From a candidate division NPL-UPA2 bacterium Unc8 (GTDB lineage Bacteria > NPL-UPA2), in NCBI GenBank assembly GCA_003574845.1, contig NDHY01000004.1, forward strand, positions 12,723 through 76,722: a stretch of DNA of 64,000 nucleotides, given 5' to 3'. The position numbers were made by a program, and so were the translations under genes. Below, in pieces: positions 1-10,920 of the stretch (position 1 is the first letter of the stretch; each line of letters opens with the position of its first letter). The notes beneath the pieces are model-generated. The model had not been told where the DNA came from. It made no database searches and saw only the letters and a list, made by a program, of their open reading frames with translations.

Positions 1-913
1 CAATGTCGTCATAGGAATAGATAATCTGAACGACGCTTATGATGTCCGCCTCAAAGAGTGGCGCTTGCACCAATTGAGAGATAAGCCAAACTGGACATTT
101 TACCGGATAGATATTAGTAATCAATCTGAAGTAGCCGGTGTATTCAAGGAGCACCAGGGAAGAGAATCCTTTGACGCAGTTATTAACCTCGCTGCCAGAG
201 CAGGTGTTCAGCAGAGCACAAAGGACCCCTGTGAATACTATGACACCAATCTTACCGGTACATTAAATCTTCTGGAACTGTGCCGAAAATTTGAAGTAAA
301 AAAAATCATTCTTGCCTCCACTTCAAGCATCTATGGAGAAATGAAACGTCCTTTCCGGGAAGACCAATCTACCGATACACCTCTTTCACCTTACGCTGCT
401 TCCAAAAAGGCAGCCGAAGTATTGTGTTATACATACCATTACCTTTACAATTTAGACATCACCATTTTGCGATATTTCACAGTCTATGGCCCGGCAGGGC
501 GGCCTGACATGAACATCTTTAGATTTATCAAGCAAGTTGCCGAAGGAAGCCCTGTCTTCATTTATGGAGATGGCACCCAGGAGCGAGACTTCACTTATGT
601 GGATGACATTGCCATGGGTACTCTATCAGCGCTCAAACTGATGGGTTATGAGATTATTAATTTGGGCAGTGACCGACCGATAAAGCTCTTGAAAGTGCTT
701 CACCTTATTGAACAGTTTGTAGAACGACAGGCAGAGGCAAAATATAAGCCGCGTCATCCGGCCGATGTACCTGCCACCTGGGCAGATATTTCCAGAGCGC
801 GGAAGCTGCTGTCATGGAAGCCGCAGGTAACTTTAGAAGAAGGTATTCACAAGGCAGTAGGGTGGTATATGGAAAATCGCAACTGGGCTAAAGACATCTT
901 AATTGAAGAATAG
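1..913 (+). CDS. NAD-dependent epimerase/dehydratase (UDP-sugar 4-epimerase, WbpP/TviC-like), 5' partial
   Basis: The reading frame is open from base 2. N-terminal VIGIDNLNDAYDVRLKEW is typical of UDP-GlcNAc/GlcA 4-epimerases, and the SDR catalytic YAASK (YxxxK) motif is present. Confidence 0.8.
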   Translation, partial: NVVIGIDNLNDAYDVRLKEWRLHQLRDKPNWTFYRIDISNQSEVAGVFKEHQGRESFDAVINLAARAGVQQSTKDPCEYYDTNLTGTLNLLELCRKFEVKKIILASTSSIYGEMKRPFREDQSTDTPLSPYAASKKAAEVLCYTYHYLYNLDITILRYFTVYGPAGRPDMNIFRFIKQVAEGSPVFIYGDGTQERDFTYVDDIAMGTLSALKLMGYEIINLGSDRPIKLLKVLHLIEQFVERQAEAKYKPRHPADVPATWADISRARKLLSWKPQVTLEEGIHKAVGWYMENRNWAKDILIEE

Positions 914-927
914 CAGGAGAGTAAAAT

Positions 928-2232
928 ATGAAATCTCATTTTCCTTCTTGTGTGGCTGTAGTAGGTTTAGGCTATGTAGGACTTCCTCTTGCCGTAGCAT
1001 TAGGTAAAGTTCTCTCCACTATAGGACTTGATGTAAATAAAAAGCGAATACTTGAACTTCAAAAAGGGTATGATTCTACAGGTGAAGCAAACAGAGAGCA
1101 ACTGAGAGCGCCTCATCTGAAGTTTACTTCCAACCCGGCAATTCTGCGTCAGGTCTCCTTCATTATCGTGACCGTTCCCACACCTGTGGACCAACACAAG
1201 CGCCCTGACTTAAGTTACCTCAGAGAAGCAAGCCGTTTAGTAGGGCAAAACCTTTCCCCCGGCACCATTGTCGTCTATGAATCCACTGTCTATCCGGGAG
1301 TGACAGAGAATGTCTGTCTGCCAATCTTAGAGCAAGAGTCAAAGCTCAAGGCAGGAGAAGGATTCAAAGTGGGTTACTCTCCCGAGCGTATCAATCCGGG
1401 CGACCCGGAGCACACTCTTGAGAAAGTGGTAAAGATAGTAGCTGCTCAGGACGAGGAAACATTAGAAGCTATTGTCAATGTATTAGGACTGATAGTAAAA
1501 GCTGGAGTTTATCGCGCCGCGGACATCAAAACCGCTGAGGCTGCCAAGATAATTGAGAACGTGCAGCGCGACCTGAATATTGCCCTGATGAATGAGCTTG
1601 CCATCCTATTTCACAAAATAGGATTAGACACAAAGGCAGTGCTAAGGGCAGCACAGACCAAGTGGAACTTTCTCTCCTTTGAACCGGGGCTGGTGGGTGG
1701 CCATTGTATTCCAGTAGACCCTTACTATCTCACCTATAAGGCAGAGGAAGCGGGCTATCATCCTCAGATTATACTTACAGGTAGAAGAATCAATGACTCT
1801 ATGGGAATTTATGTTGCACAGGAGACCGTAAAACTTCTCATCCAGGCAGACAAAGCAGTTCGGGGAGCAAAAATCCTGGTCTTAGGTGTAACCTTCAAGG
1901 AAAATGTGGGCGACATCCGCAACAGTCGGGCAATAGAACTGGTACAGGAAATGGAAAGTTATGGGATTGATGTTCGAGTTTATGACCCACTTGCAAGCAC
2001 TGAACAGTTAGAACAACTGGCTCTGAAAACAGTCGGAGACCCTTTCAAAGCAAAGGGCAAATATGATGCTATTGTATTGGCCGTTGCACACAGGGTATTT
2101 CAAAAAAAGGAACTCAAGGCATATCTTCAACTACTGCAGAATAATGGCGGATCCAGTGTGATAATAGATGTAAAGGGTATTTTGCCCTGGAAGGTGGAAG
2201 AAAATCCAGGAATCCTTTACTGGAGTCTATAG
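928..2232 (+). CDS. Nucleotide-sugar 6-dehydrogenase (UDP-GlcNAc/UDP-ManNAc dehydrogenase family, WbpA/TviB/WecC-like)
   Basis: Rossmann [16 protein letters not shown] at the N-terminus, catalytic Cys in the GGHCIPVDP context, about 430 aa, and an SD-like AGGAGAG sits upstream. Confidence 0.85.
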   Translation: MKSHFPSCVAVVGLGYVGLPLAVALGKVLSTIGLDVNKKRILELQKGYDSTGEANREQLRAPHLKFTSNPAILRQVSFIIVTVPTPVDQHKRPDLSYLREASRLVGQNLSPGTIVVYESTVYPGVTENVCLPILEQESKLKAGEGFKVGYSPERINPGDPEHTLEKVVKIVAAQDEETLEAIVNVLGLIVKAGVYRAADIKTAEAAKIIENVQRDLNIALMNELAILFHKIGLDTKAVLRAAQTKWNFLSFEPGLVGGHCIPVDPYYLTYKAEEAGYHPQIILTGRRINDSMGIYVAQETVKLLIQADKAVRGAKILVLGVTFKENVGDIRNSRAIELVQEMESYGIDVRVYDPLASTEQLEQLALKTVGDPFKAKGKYDAIVLAVAHRVFQKKELKAYLQLLQNNGGSSVIIDVKGILPWKVEENPGILYWSL

Positions 2233-2242
2233 CAAAGGACAA

Positions 2243-5068
2243 TTGATGGGGGAGAAAATTATCATTAAGGGGGCGCGGGAACACAATCTCAAGAACATTA
2301 ATGTAGAGATTCCCAGAAACAAGTTAGTTGTCCTTACCGGAGTCTCGGGCTCAGGAAAATCATCACTTGCCTTTGACACTATCTATGCTGAAGGGCAGAG
2401 AAAATATGTAGAATCGCTTTCTGCCTATGCCCGCCAATTCTTAGACCAGATGGAAAAACCGGATATGGATGAAATTAGCGGACTTTCCCCTGCCATCTCC
2501 ATTGAACAAAGAAAGCCCGGCGCTAATCCCCGCTCTACCGTTGGAACGGTAACTGAAATCTATGACTACCTTCGGCTGCTCTTTGCCCGTGCCGGCACTT
2601 CTTACTGCTACAAATGCGGCAAAAAGATAGACTCGCAAGCCGTAGGAGAAATGGTAGATAGAATATTTAACTTGCCCGCCGGCACCCGCATTGAGGTGCT
2701 TTCGCCACTGGTGCGCGGGAGAAAAGGAGAATATATGAGTCTCCTTGAGCTGATTCGTCAGGATGGATACAGTAAGGTAAGAATAGATGGAAAAACTTAT
2801 AGCCTTTCCGAAGAAGTAAGGCTAAACAAAAATAGAAAACATAACATTGAAGTAATCATTGATAGATTGAGTATCAAAAATGAGAACAAGAGCCGCCTTG
2901 CCGACTCTCTTGAAACAACGCTCAGTTTAAGCAATGGACTTGCTCTCATTGTCATCAATCAAAACAGCCCCCGGGGATGGGAAAGAGAAACTCTCTTTAG
3001 CGCTACTTTTTCCTGTCCTCAATGCGGCATTTCCTATGGAGAGATTAATCCACGCATTTTTTCTTTTAACAGTCCCTATGGAGCATGCAATACATGCGCC
3101 GGCCTGGGGAAAAGCACAGAGATTGACCCTGATCTTGTGATACCTGACAAGAGAAAATCCATAAGGGAAGGAGCAATAGGTCCCTGGCAGGGCGGAGGAA
3201 GAAGAATTCGGTCTTATTACCGCTGGCTTCTGAGGATGCTTTTTAGGGAATGTGATGTTGACCCTGAACTCAAATTCGAGAAGCTTACCTCTGAAAAACA
3301 GAAGGCGGTTCTTTATGGCTCGGGAGACGGGAGATTTGAAGGAGTAATTCCTAACCTTGAGCGCCGCTTTAAAGAGACAAAGAGCGATTATGTTAAAAAG
3401 CAAATACTAAACGTTATGAATTTTCTTCCCTGCGTCTCTTGTCACGGAGCGAGATTAAAAAAAGAAAGTCTGGCAATAAAAATAGATAACAAATCAATCG
3501 CTGAGGTAACGGCAATGTCAGTAACGGCAGGACAGGCGTTCTTTGACAATTTAGAACTTGCTGGCGAGAAGAAGGTTATTGCTCGGGAGATAGTAAGTGA
3601 GATAAGTAAGCGTCTTTCTTTCCTGATAGAGGTGGGGCTCAGCTACCTGACGTTGGACCGGGAAACAGCCACATTATCCAGTGGAGAGGCAGAAAGGATA
3701 AGGCTTGCATCTCAAATCGGCTCGGGGCTGGTAGGTGTGCTTTATGTGCTTGACGAGCCATCAATTGGATTACATGCTCGGGACAACCAAAGGCTTCTCA
3801 ATGCCCTCGTGCGACTCCGTGACCTTGGGAATACCATCCTCGTGGTTGAGCATGATGAGACAACAATAAGAAGTGCTGACCATATTATTGACCTTGGCCC
3901 TGGGGCTGGAAACGACGGTGGTTGGTTGGTTGCAGAAGGAAAATTAGATAGGATTATGAGCTCCCCGCAATCTCTGACAGGAAAGTATCTAAAAGGTGAA
4001 TTACAAATTAAAGTTCCTCGTTTGAGACGCCAACTAAAAGGGATATTTCTTGAAGTTAGAGGAGCAAGAGAAAATAACCTGAAAAACATAAACGTGCAGA
4101 TTCCAATCGGGGTCTTTACCTGCGTTACCGGGGTCTCAGGCTCAGGAAAGTCAACTCTCATCGTTGATACTCTTGAAAAAGCTCTTTCTCGCATCTTGCA
4201 TCGGGCTAAGGTTGGTTCTGGAGAATATGACAGTATCTCAGGAAATGAACATATTGATAAAATGATAGTTATTGACCAGGCGCCCATTGGACGAACCCCC
4301 CGTTCCAATCCTGCTACTTATATAGGAGTGTTTACATTTATTAGAGAATTATTTTCATTGATTCCTGAGGCAAGAGAGAGAGGATACAGGTTAGGTAGAT
4401 TTAGTTTTAATATTAGAGGAGGAAGGTGCAATGCCTGTCGGGGCGACGGTATTATTAAGATTGAAATGCACTTTCTCCCGGATGTCTATGTTCGCTGTCA
4501 GACCTGCGGTGGAAAAAGATATAATAGGGAAACATTGGAGATAAAGTATAAAGACAAAAGCATTGCTGATGTCCTTGATATGACGGTTGATACAGCCCTG
4601 GATTTCTTCAAAAACATTCCGCAAATAAAGAAAAAACTGGAAACTCTTAGCAATGTGGGGTTGGGATACATAAGATTAGAGCAGTCTGCCCCAACCCTCT
4701 CCGGTGGAGAAGCGCAACGGGTAAAATTAGCGGCAGAGCTCAGTCGGCGGGGAAGTGGGAAAACTCTCTACATTCTTGATGAACCGACAACGGGGCTCCA
4801 CTTTGCTGACATAGAAAAGTTGCTGCAAGTGCTCTCCCGATTAGTAGACGCAGGAAACACTGTACTTGTTATTGAACACAACCTTGATGTAATTAAAACG
4901 GCAGATTACATCATAGACCTTGGGCCAGAGGGCGGAGATGGCGGGGGAGAGGTTGTAGCCACAGGAACACCTGAAGAGGTTGCTGTCAACGGAAATTCTT
5001 ACACAGGAAAATTCCTCAAAAAACTGTTAATAGGGAAGGGCTTTGGTAACGTCAAGGAAAGTGTGTAA
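2243..5068 (+). CDS. uvrA: Excinuclease ABC subunit A
   Basis: Two ABC ATPase modules ([35 protein letters not shown] and a second GVSGSGKST), zinc-finger Cys clusters, 941 aa. Confidence 0.95.
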   Translation: MMGEKIIIKGAREHNLKNINVEIPRNKLVVLTGVSGSGKSSLAFDTIYAEGQRKYVESLSAYARQFLDQMEKPDMDEISGLSPAISIEQRKPGANPRSTVGTVTEIYDYLRLLFARAGTSYCYKCGKKIDSQAVGEMVDRIFNLPAGTRIEVLSPLVRGRKGEYMSLLELIRQDGYSKVRIDGKTYSLSEEVRLNKNRKHNIEVIIDRLSIKNENKSRLADSLETTLSLSNGLALIVINQNSPRGWERETLFSATFSCPQCGISYGEINPRIFSFNSPYGACNTCAGLGKSTEIDPDLVIPDKRKSIREGAIGPWQGGGRRIRSYYRWLLRMLFRECDVDPELKFEKLTSEKQKAVLYGSGDGRFEGVIPNLERRFKETKSDYVKKQILNVMNFLPCVSCHGARLKKESLAIKIDNKSIAEVTAMSVTAGQAFFDNLELAGEKKVIAREIVSEISKRLSFLIEVGLSYLTLDRETATLSSGEAERIRLASQIGSGLVGVLYVLDEPSIGLHARDNQRLLNALVRLRDLGNTILVVEHDETTIRSADHIIDLGPGAGNDGGWLVAEGKLDRIMSSPQSLTGKYLKGELQIKVPRLRRQLKGIFLEVRGARENNLKNINVQIPIGVFTCVTGVSGSGKSTLIVDTLEKALSRILHRAKVGSGEYDSISGNEHIDKMIVIDQAPIGRTPRSNPATYIGVFTFIRELFSLIPEARERGYRLGRFSFNIRGGRCNACRGDGIIKIEMHFLPDVYVRCQTCGGKRYNRETLEIKYKDKSIADVLDMTVDTALDFFKNIPQIKKKLETLSNVGLGYIRLEQSAPTLSGGEAQRVKLAAELSRRGSGKTLYILDEPTTGLHFADIEKLLQVLSRLVDAGNTVLVIEHNLDVIKTADYIIDLGPEGGDGGGEVVATGTPEEVAVNGNSYTGKFLKKLLIGKGFGNVKESV

Positions 5069-6425
5069 ATTCATAAAGTGCACCTTTCTCCATTAATCTT
5101 AAACTGATTGAAATCTTTTAGGAGCCGAGCTCCCCAGTGATTATTCAGATGATTAAAGATACAGTAGATTATCCTCTCACAACTGGCCTGGTTAGTGAAA
5201 CAATTCATGGTTCTTACCCGTCGCCTTACCTCTCGGAAAGACCTCTCTACTACATTCGTTGTCCTTATCTTAACTCTATGCTCTTTAGGACAATCCAGGA
5301 AAGCTAACAGTTCATCTAATTCTCTCTCTATGCATCTTACCGCCTCTGGCTTTATCTCTATCCACTTCTTCGCCCAGGATTTGTAAATTCTCACGGCTTC
5401 TTTCTTATTATCTGCCAGATAAATCTTGCCTGCTTCTTTGGTACACTCCTTCTGATACTTCTTCGGTAGATAGTTAGATACGTTCCTTAACTTGTGCACC
5501 CAGCAGGCCTGACGAGGAACTTCTGGATATACTGTCTCTAAGGCTTTATGTAACCCTTTACAGCCATCGGTGGTGATTAATTTGAGCTCTTTACCATCTA
5601 ATCCCCTGTTGTAGAGATCCGTCAGAAACTGTTCCCACTTGACCTCAGATTCTACCCCTACTACCCGGAATCCTATTAGTCTGCGTTGGCCCATCACCGT
5701 TATCCCATAAGCTACTAAAATTACTTTCTTCTTCCCTTTAAGAACGCCTTTTATCTTCAGATGTATCCCATCCAGAATTAGATATTGGTACTCATCAGTT
5801 AATTTCTGCCGGTGAAACTTCTTAACCTCCTTATCCAATGCCTTGGTGACATTAGATACTGTACCAGCACTTACTGGAGCATCCAGAAGAGCACTTAAGG
5901 CTTCTCCAACTCTTCTGGTGCTTACCCCGCAGATAAACACATCTCTGATAGCCTGATCTACTGCCTTCTGCCGCGCCTGGTAGTTCTTGAATACCCTGGT
6001 CTGGAATTTTCCCTTCCTTAATCGGGGCACCTTTAAATCTTCAATAGGTCCTTCATGAGTGAGAAAACGTCGGTATCGGAACCCATTACGGTAGTCTATC
6101 TTGTTCTCATTTCTCTCATGCCACCGAGAATGAGTGTAAGCTTCCACTTCCCCTCTCATCGTTGATTCCATCAACCTCTTAAGTGCCTGCTTCATATATG
6201 TCCTGGTGTTGACCCAGAAATCCTCCTCACGATTTTCCTTGATTTCTCCCCACCATTCCTTTAATATTTCCTCAGGCCTTAGTTGCCTACTCTGCACTAT
6301 TTCCATTGGGTGTACCTCCTTTCTCCTTTGGGCGAGCATTATTGCCCAACCCTTCTTTCTGGGAGAAAAGGTACACCCTTTTTTATCTTATCTCAAGCCT
6401 TTTCAAACCTGAATTTACACACTTT
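5058..6425 (-). mobile_element. IS256-family insertion sequence with 16-bp perfect terminal inverted repeats (AAAGTGTGTAAATTCA)
   Basis: Left end 5058-5073 AAAGTGTGTAAATTCA; right end 6410-6425 is its exact reverse complement. A single transposase ORF lies between them. No flanking direct repeat was found. Confidence 0.8.
5071..6339 (-). CDS. IS256-family (mutator-type) transposase
   Basis: 422 aa, with DGCKGL and LILDGIHLKIKG-type motifs and a basic C-terminal region typical of IS256 transposases. Confidence 0.85.
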   Translation of the reverse strand: MLAQRRKEVHPMEIVQSRQLRPEEILKEWWGEIKENREEDFWVNTRTYMKQALKRLMESTMRGEVEAYTHSRWHERNENKIDYRNGFRYRRFLTHEGPIEDLKVPRLRKGKFQTRVFKNYQARQKAVDQAIRDVFICGVSTRRVGEALSALLDAPVSAGTVSNVTKALDKEVKKFHRQKLTDEYQYLILDGIHLKIKGVLKGKKKVILVAYGITVMGQRRLIGFRVVGVESEVKWEQFLTDLYNRGLDGKELKLITTDGCKGLHKALETVYPEVPRQACWVHKLRNVSNYLPKKYQKECTKEAGKIYLADNKKEAVRIYKSWAKKWIEIKPEAVRCIERELDELLAFLDCPKEHRVKIRTTNVVERSFREVRRRVRTMNCFTNQASCERIIYCIFNHLNNHWGARLLKDFNQFKINGERCTL

Positions 6426-6454
6426 ATTTTATATTACCAATCAAAATCGAACAC

Positions 6455-6483
6455 TTGACTTTTTTCCAGGATGGTTTTATAAT
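6455..6483 (+). promoter_or_regulatory. Consensus sigma70-like promoter: TTGACT, 17-nt spacer, TATAAT
   Basis: Hexamers read at 6455-6460 and 6478-6483, about 30 bp outside the right IS end and about 135 bp upstream of the MFS gene. Confidence 0.4.
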
Positions 6484-6618
6484 GAGGCTAAGCCGAGGTG
6501 CTAAGGAGTCACCATAAACCGGAGTGGTCAAAACTTTTTTGGAAAAACTAAACTGTTACGCTGGCAGAAATTTGCGTCACAGTGCAGTAGGTTATATAAG
6601 GAATATAAGGAGCAGAAG

Positions 6619-7902
6619 ATGAACAAAAGAGATAATTTGGGGTTATTCAGGCAATTAGCTTACAGCTCCGGGTATATGGGCTTAGCGCTTACCAGTGAGC
6701 TTATAGGCATGTGGTTAATTTTCTTCTATGCGGCGCGGGAAGAAATGGTCTTTGTGCCTGTTCTGCTTATGGGCGGTATCGTTTTTTTCGGCAGGGTTAT
6801 GGATGCTGTTAGCAGTCCTGTTATAGGATATTTTAGCGATAGATCAAGAAGCCGCTTTGGCAGGAGAATCCCGTTTATTGCCATAGGAACGCTGTTTTTA
6901 GTTGTAACCTTAATTCTTATTTTTCACCCGCCTGTTCCTGCTGAATCGGTAATTAATGCCATCTATTTAATAGTGGTATTAGGGCTTTTTTGGATTTTCT
7001 TCAGTGCTGTAGCTACGCCTCATCATGCTCTTCTCCCAGAGCTTGTTTCTACAGGTCGCGAACGGATAAACCTGGCAAAGTATGTAGGTATTTTTGGCGT
7101 TCTGGGTCTTTTTATTGCTTTTGCGGGCTCAGGTTATCTGATAGATCATCATGGCTTTGGATTAATGGCTATTGTTATGGGGGCTATTGTTTTTGTCAGT
7201 TTATATATCCTGGTGATATCTATTAAAGAGAGTCCTTGGTCCAGCGCAAAAGAAGTGGACTTATCATTTATTGCAGCAATGAAGCATTGTTTTATGAACA
7301 AACCGTTTCTTTATTATGTCTTTGCCTTTACTCTCATGATGATGGGGCTTAGTCTTCTTGCGGCTGCCGTTCCTTTTATAGTTACGGTATTGATGGGAGC
7401 AGGAGAGGAATGGGCAGGATATGCAATGGGGATGATGATGGTGGTGGCACTCTTGTCTTTTCCAATGATTAATTATCTCGCAAAGAAATTTGGCAAGAAA
7501 ATTGTTTTTGCTGGTTCCATCTTATTCTTCAGCGTTTTTGCGAGCTTACTTGGCACTATTGGAATGTTACCGATATCGCCCTTTTACCATGGATTATTTC
7601 TTATCGTCATCATGGGGGCCCCGGTTGCCAGTGCTTTGATGCTGCCTTTTGCAATAATTGCCGATGTAATTGACCATGATGAGACGATAACTGGATTTAG
7701 GAGAGAAGCATGTTATTTTGGGGTGCAAGCGTTAATATGGAAGTCAGGAGCAGGTATTTCCGCTTTAATTCTAACTCTGTTGCTGCATCATTTTGGCAAA
7801 ACCGCAGCAGAGCCACTCGGGATTATACTGGCCGGGCCGGCGGCAGGGCTCATACCTCTTATTGGTTTTTTCGTGTTCCTCAAATACCCATTTGAGAAAT
7901 GA
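6619..7902 (+). CDS. MFS transporter, glycoside-pentoside-hexuronide (GPH) cation symporter family
   Basis: 12 predicted TM helices and the GPH signature DRSRSRFGRRIPF after TM2. Confidence 0.8.
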   Translation: MNKRDNLGLFRQLAYSSGYMGLALTSELIGMWLIFFYAAREEMVFVPVLLMGGIVFFGRVMDAVSSPVIGYFSDRSRSRFGRRIPFIAIGTLFLVVTLILIFHPPVPAESVINAIYLIVVLGLFWIFFSAVATPHHALLPELVSTGRERINLAKYVGIFGVLGLFIAFAGSGYLIDHHGFGLMAIVMGAIVFVSLYILVISIKESPWSSAKEVDLSFIAAMKHCFMNKPFLYYVFAFTLMMMGLSLLAAAVPFIVTVLMGAGEEWAGYAMGMMMVVALLSFPMINYLAKKFGKKIVFAGSILFFSVFASLLGTIGMLPISPFYHGLFLIVIMGAPVASALMLPFAIIADVIDHDETITGFRREACYFGVQALIWKSGAGISALILTLLLHHFGKTAAEPLGIILAGPAAGLIPLIGFFVFLKYPFEK

Positions 7903-8116
7903 ACAACGGTTCAAGCCTATTGATGCCACAAGCCCACTAAATGTTTACTATAAGTTTGTCATGTTATTACAAACACTGCCGATAAGTAAAGATAAAAGGG
8001 TTCAGGATTCAGGGGTCAGCATTTTCGGATCGTCGGTAAAATAGTTTTCTGAAAGGCATAAACTTTTAACTTGCACTTTTGACTTTTAACTTTTGAATTA
8101 GTTCTTAAATACGTAA

Positions 8117-9331
8117 ATGAATAAGGAAAAACAGCAAATTCTCAAGGAAAAGTTAGGCCTTCTTCCTCTATCTGTTTCCAAGATAGAGGGAACACCCCGT
8201 ATCTGGGTAAATGCAGTATCAGTAGGGGAGGTTGTCGCCGCCGGCTCAATCGTCAAATTGCTAAGAGAGACTTATCCTTCTGCCTCTATTATCCTTTCTA
8301 CGGGAACAGAAACGGGTCGGAAAACGGCAGAGCAAACTATTAAAGAAGTAGATGGCTACATCTACTTTCCACTTGATTTCCCCTGGGTTGTCCGGCGCGT
8401 TTTAAGAATTCTCCGCCCTCATCTTTTTATTACTATAGAGACAGAAATCTGGCCAAATTTTTTAAGCATCGCCAGAAAAATGGGAATTAAAACGATGCTT
8501 GCAAATGGGAGAATCTCTGCAAGGTCATTCAATCGCTACCGACGCACGCGCTTTCTCTGGAAAAAGGTGCTTGGCAACTTTGATGCAATGAGTATGATTT
8601 CAAAGATAGACGCCGAAAGAATTAAATCAATAGGGGCAGAGCCAGAGAAAGTATTTATAAGTGGTAACTCAAAGTATGATACTTTGATTTCTCGGGCAAA
8701 TCCGGGATTCAAAGCAGAAATAAGAAAGCTTTTACAAATAGAGCCTTATGAGGCAGTCTTTCTTGCTGCCAGCACTCACGATGGAGAGGAAAAGATTATC
8801 ATTAAAGCATATAAAAATTTGCTTAAGGAGTTTCCACATCTGATTTTTATTATTGCCCCCAGACATATTAAAAGAGTGGCATCGGTTGAGAAGGCACTCC
8901 GCAGCGAAGGACTTTCTGACTTTATTCATCGTAGCAGCCTGCAGCATACCCGGAGAAAATCTCCAATAATTATTCTGGATGTAATTGGAGAACTTTTTTA
9001 TGTTTATAGCCTGGGAACGATTATTTTCTGTGGAGGAAGTCTGGTTAAAAAAGGTGGTCAAAACATACTTGAGCCTGCTTGCTGGGGAAAGGTTGTTTTT
9101 TATGGTCCTTCAATGGAGGACTTTCTTGTAGAGAGAGAGCTTTTGGGAGGGGCTGGAGCAGGGATAGAGGTCAAGGGAGCAGCTTCCCTTGTAAGAGAGG
9201 CGATGGTGCTCCTCAATAACCCGGAAGAACGAAGGCAACGCGGAGAAAAAGGAAGAGAAGCTATCCAAAAAATGGAAGATGCCGCTAAAAAAAATGTGAG
9301 ACTTGCTCAAAAGCTCCTGAAAGACTTTTGA
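8117..9331 (+). CDS. waaA: 3-deoxy-D-manno-octulosonic acid (Kdo) transferase
   Basis: N-terminal WVNAVSVGEVVAAGSIVKLL...STGTETG and the C-terminal glycosyltransferase fold of KdtA/WaaA. Confidence 0.85.
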   Translation: MNKEKQQILKEKLGLLPLSVSKIEGTPRIWVNAVSVGEVVAAGSIVKLLRETYPSASIILSTGTETGRKTAEQTIKEVDGYIYFPLDFPWVVRRVLRILRPHLFITIETEIWPNFLSIARKMGIKTMLANGRISARSFNRYRRTRFLWKKVLGNFDAMSMISKIDAERIKSIGAEPEKVFISGNSKYDTLISRANPGFKAEIRKLLQIEPYEAVFLAASTHDGEEKIIIKAYKNLLKEFPHLIFIIAPRHIKRVASVEKALRSEGLSDFIHRSSLQHTRRKSPIIILDVIGELFYVYSLGTIIFCGGSLVKKGGQNILEPACWGKVVFYGPSMEDFLVERELLGGAGAGIEVKGAASLVREAMVLLNNPEERRQRGEKGREAIQKMEDAAKKNVRLAQKLLKDF

Positions 9332-9406
9332 CAACGACTTCTTTTCTATGATAGGCTACTCCTGAAAATCAGGAATCGGAGTGGGATTGAGCCCCAGAAT
9401 CTTGAA

Positions 9407-10909
9407 ATGAATAATCAAAAGCAACAAATACTGCGGACAATCAAGGGACTGAGCTCGGAAATGAGAGTCACTTCAGAGGATGTCTCTATTATTCTTGCTG
9501 CCGGGCATGGAAAGAGAATTAAGTCCGAGATTCCCAAGATGCTTCACAAGATATGGAACATTCCCACTATCTGCCGAGTAGTTGATACAGTTGGTGATGT
9601 GCTGGGCAACAGCAGGATAGTGGTAGTGGGAATAAAGGGTGATGAGGTTGCAGGGCAAATCGGGAAGAGAGATGGCATAACATTTGCCTACCAGGAAGAA
9701 CAGAAAGGAACGGGGCACGCCTTACAAATAGCCCTGAATACTTTTGGAGGCAAAGAATACAATGGAAACATCTATGTCTTTCCAGGAGATATGGGACTGA
9801 TAACAACAGAGATAGTCAGAAAATTTAAAGAAGAGTTTGAACGCTCTCATCCGGATATGTTAGTTCTGACCGGCATCTATGAAGAAAAAATAGAAAACAA
9901 TTACTATGGTCGGGTATTGCGAGTTCCTGAAAAGGACCGCACAGGAAATTCAAGTGGTAGTAACCACGGATTAATTATTGAAATAATAGAATACAAAGAC
10001 ATACTGGCTCTGGATAGTGATTATACAACGAGATTTAATGGAAGAGAATACTGCTTCACCAGCTCCGCTCTTCTGAACATAGGAGAATTTAACAGTGGGG
10101 TTTATGCCTTCAGAGGCAAATTGGTAAAGAAGTATATAACGGAGATAACTAAAAAGAACGTTCAGGGAGAATTTTACATAACGGAGCTTATCAAAATATT
10201 CAATCGCCACCAGCTTTCGGTTGGAGCATTAAAGATGGCAGACCACACCGCACTCCTCGCTTTCAACAACAAGTCCGCTCTTAGAGATATGGAGGGAATT
10301 GCCCGGAGTCGAGTATATAACAAGATAGGAAATATCATCACTATTGAGAACAAAGAAGATTTTTTTCTTGCTGACACAGTAGTAGAAAGCATCCTGACTC
10401 TGGACAAAGAAAAAGGGCCACTTGACATTGTCATTGAGAAAGGAGTTTACCTCTACGACGGAGTAGAGCTGAACAAAGGAATACACATTAAGAAAAATAG
10501 TGTTCTCAACGGAAATATTAAGCTCGGGGAAGGAGTAATCATTTGCGAAAATGTTTCCTTGAGCACTTATCCGGAACAAGTGATGAAAATAGGGGACCAC
10601 ACGGAAATACTCAAAGGCAATATCATCAAAGGGAATACTCACATTGGAAGGGATTGCCGTATTGAATCATCCGTTAACATAACCGGCGGCGATGAATACC
10701 CAACAAGAATTGGCGATAATGTTACCATTAAGGGAACAAGCTATGTCTTTGGCTCAATCATTGAGAATGACCAGTGGATAGAACACTCGATCATTAAGAA
10801 GAAGTATATCAGAAAAGTAATTAGTGATGGCTCTGTTCAGCAAATAAAACATTATCTGCCTCCCCCGGAGGGAATTTCTTCCATCAGTAACCTGCCTTAC
10901 TCCTCATAA
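9407..10909 (+). CDS. GlmU-like sugar-1-phosphate nucleotidyltransferase with C-terminal left-handed beta-helix acyltransferase domain
   Basis: ILAAGHGKRIK...PKMLHKI, QEEQKGTGHAL and GEFYITELIK are homologous to the GlmU uridyltransferase. C-terminal hexapeptide repeats follow. 500 aa. Confidence 0.65.
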   Translation: MNNQKQQILRTIKGLSSEMRVTSEDVSIILAAGHGKRIKSEIPKMLHKIWNIPTICRVVDTVGDVLGNSRIVVVGIKGDEVAGQIGKRDGITFAYQEEQKGTGHALQIALNTFGGKEYNGNIYVFPGDMGLITTEIVRKFKEEFERSHPDMLVLTGIYEEKIENNYYGRVLRVPEKDRTGNSSGSNHGLIIEIIEYKDILALDSDYTTRFNGREYCFTSSALLNIGEFNSGVYAFRGKLVKKYITEITKKNVQGEFYITELIKIFNRHQLSVGALKMADHTALLAFNNKSALRDMEGIARSRVYNKIGNIITIENKEDFFLADTVVESILTLDKEKGPLDIVIEKGVYLYDGVELNKGIHIKKNSVLNGNIKLGEGVIICENVSLSTYPEQVMKIGDHTEILKGNIIKGNTHIGRDCRIESSVNITGGDEYPTRIGDNVTIKGTSYVFGSIIENDQWIEHSIIKKKYIRKVISDGSVQQIKHYLPPPEGISSISNLPYSS

Positions 10910-10920
10910 TAAGGAAAAAT

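Noticed and set aside
2441-4624. Several 65-188-aa antisense ORFs inside uvrA (2441-2638, 2927-3403, 3742-4308, 4391-4624)
   Set aside because: All lie opposite the strongly supported uvrA frame and are shadow ORFs.
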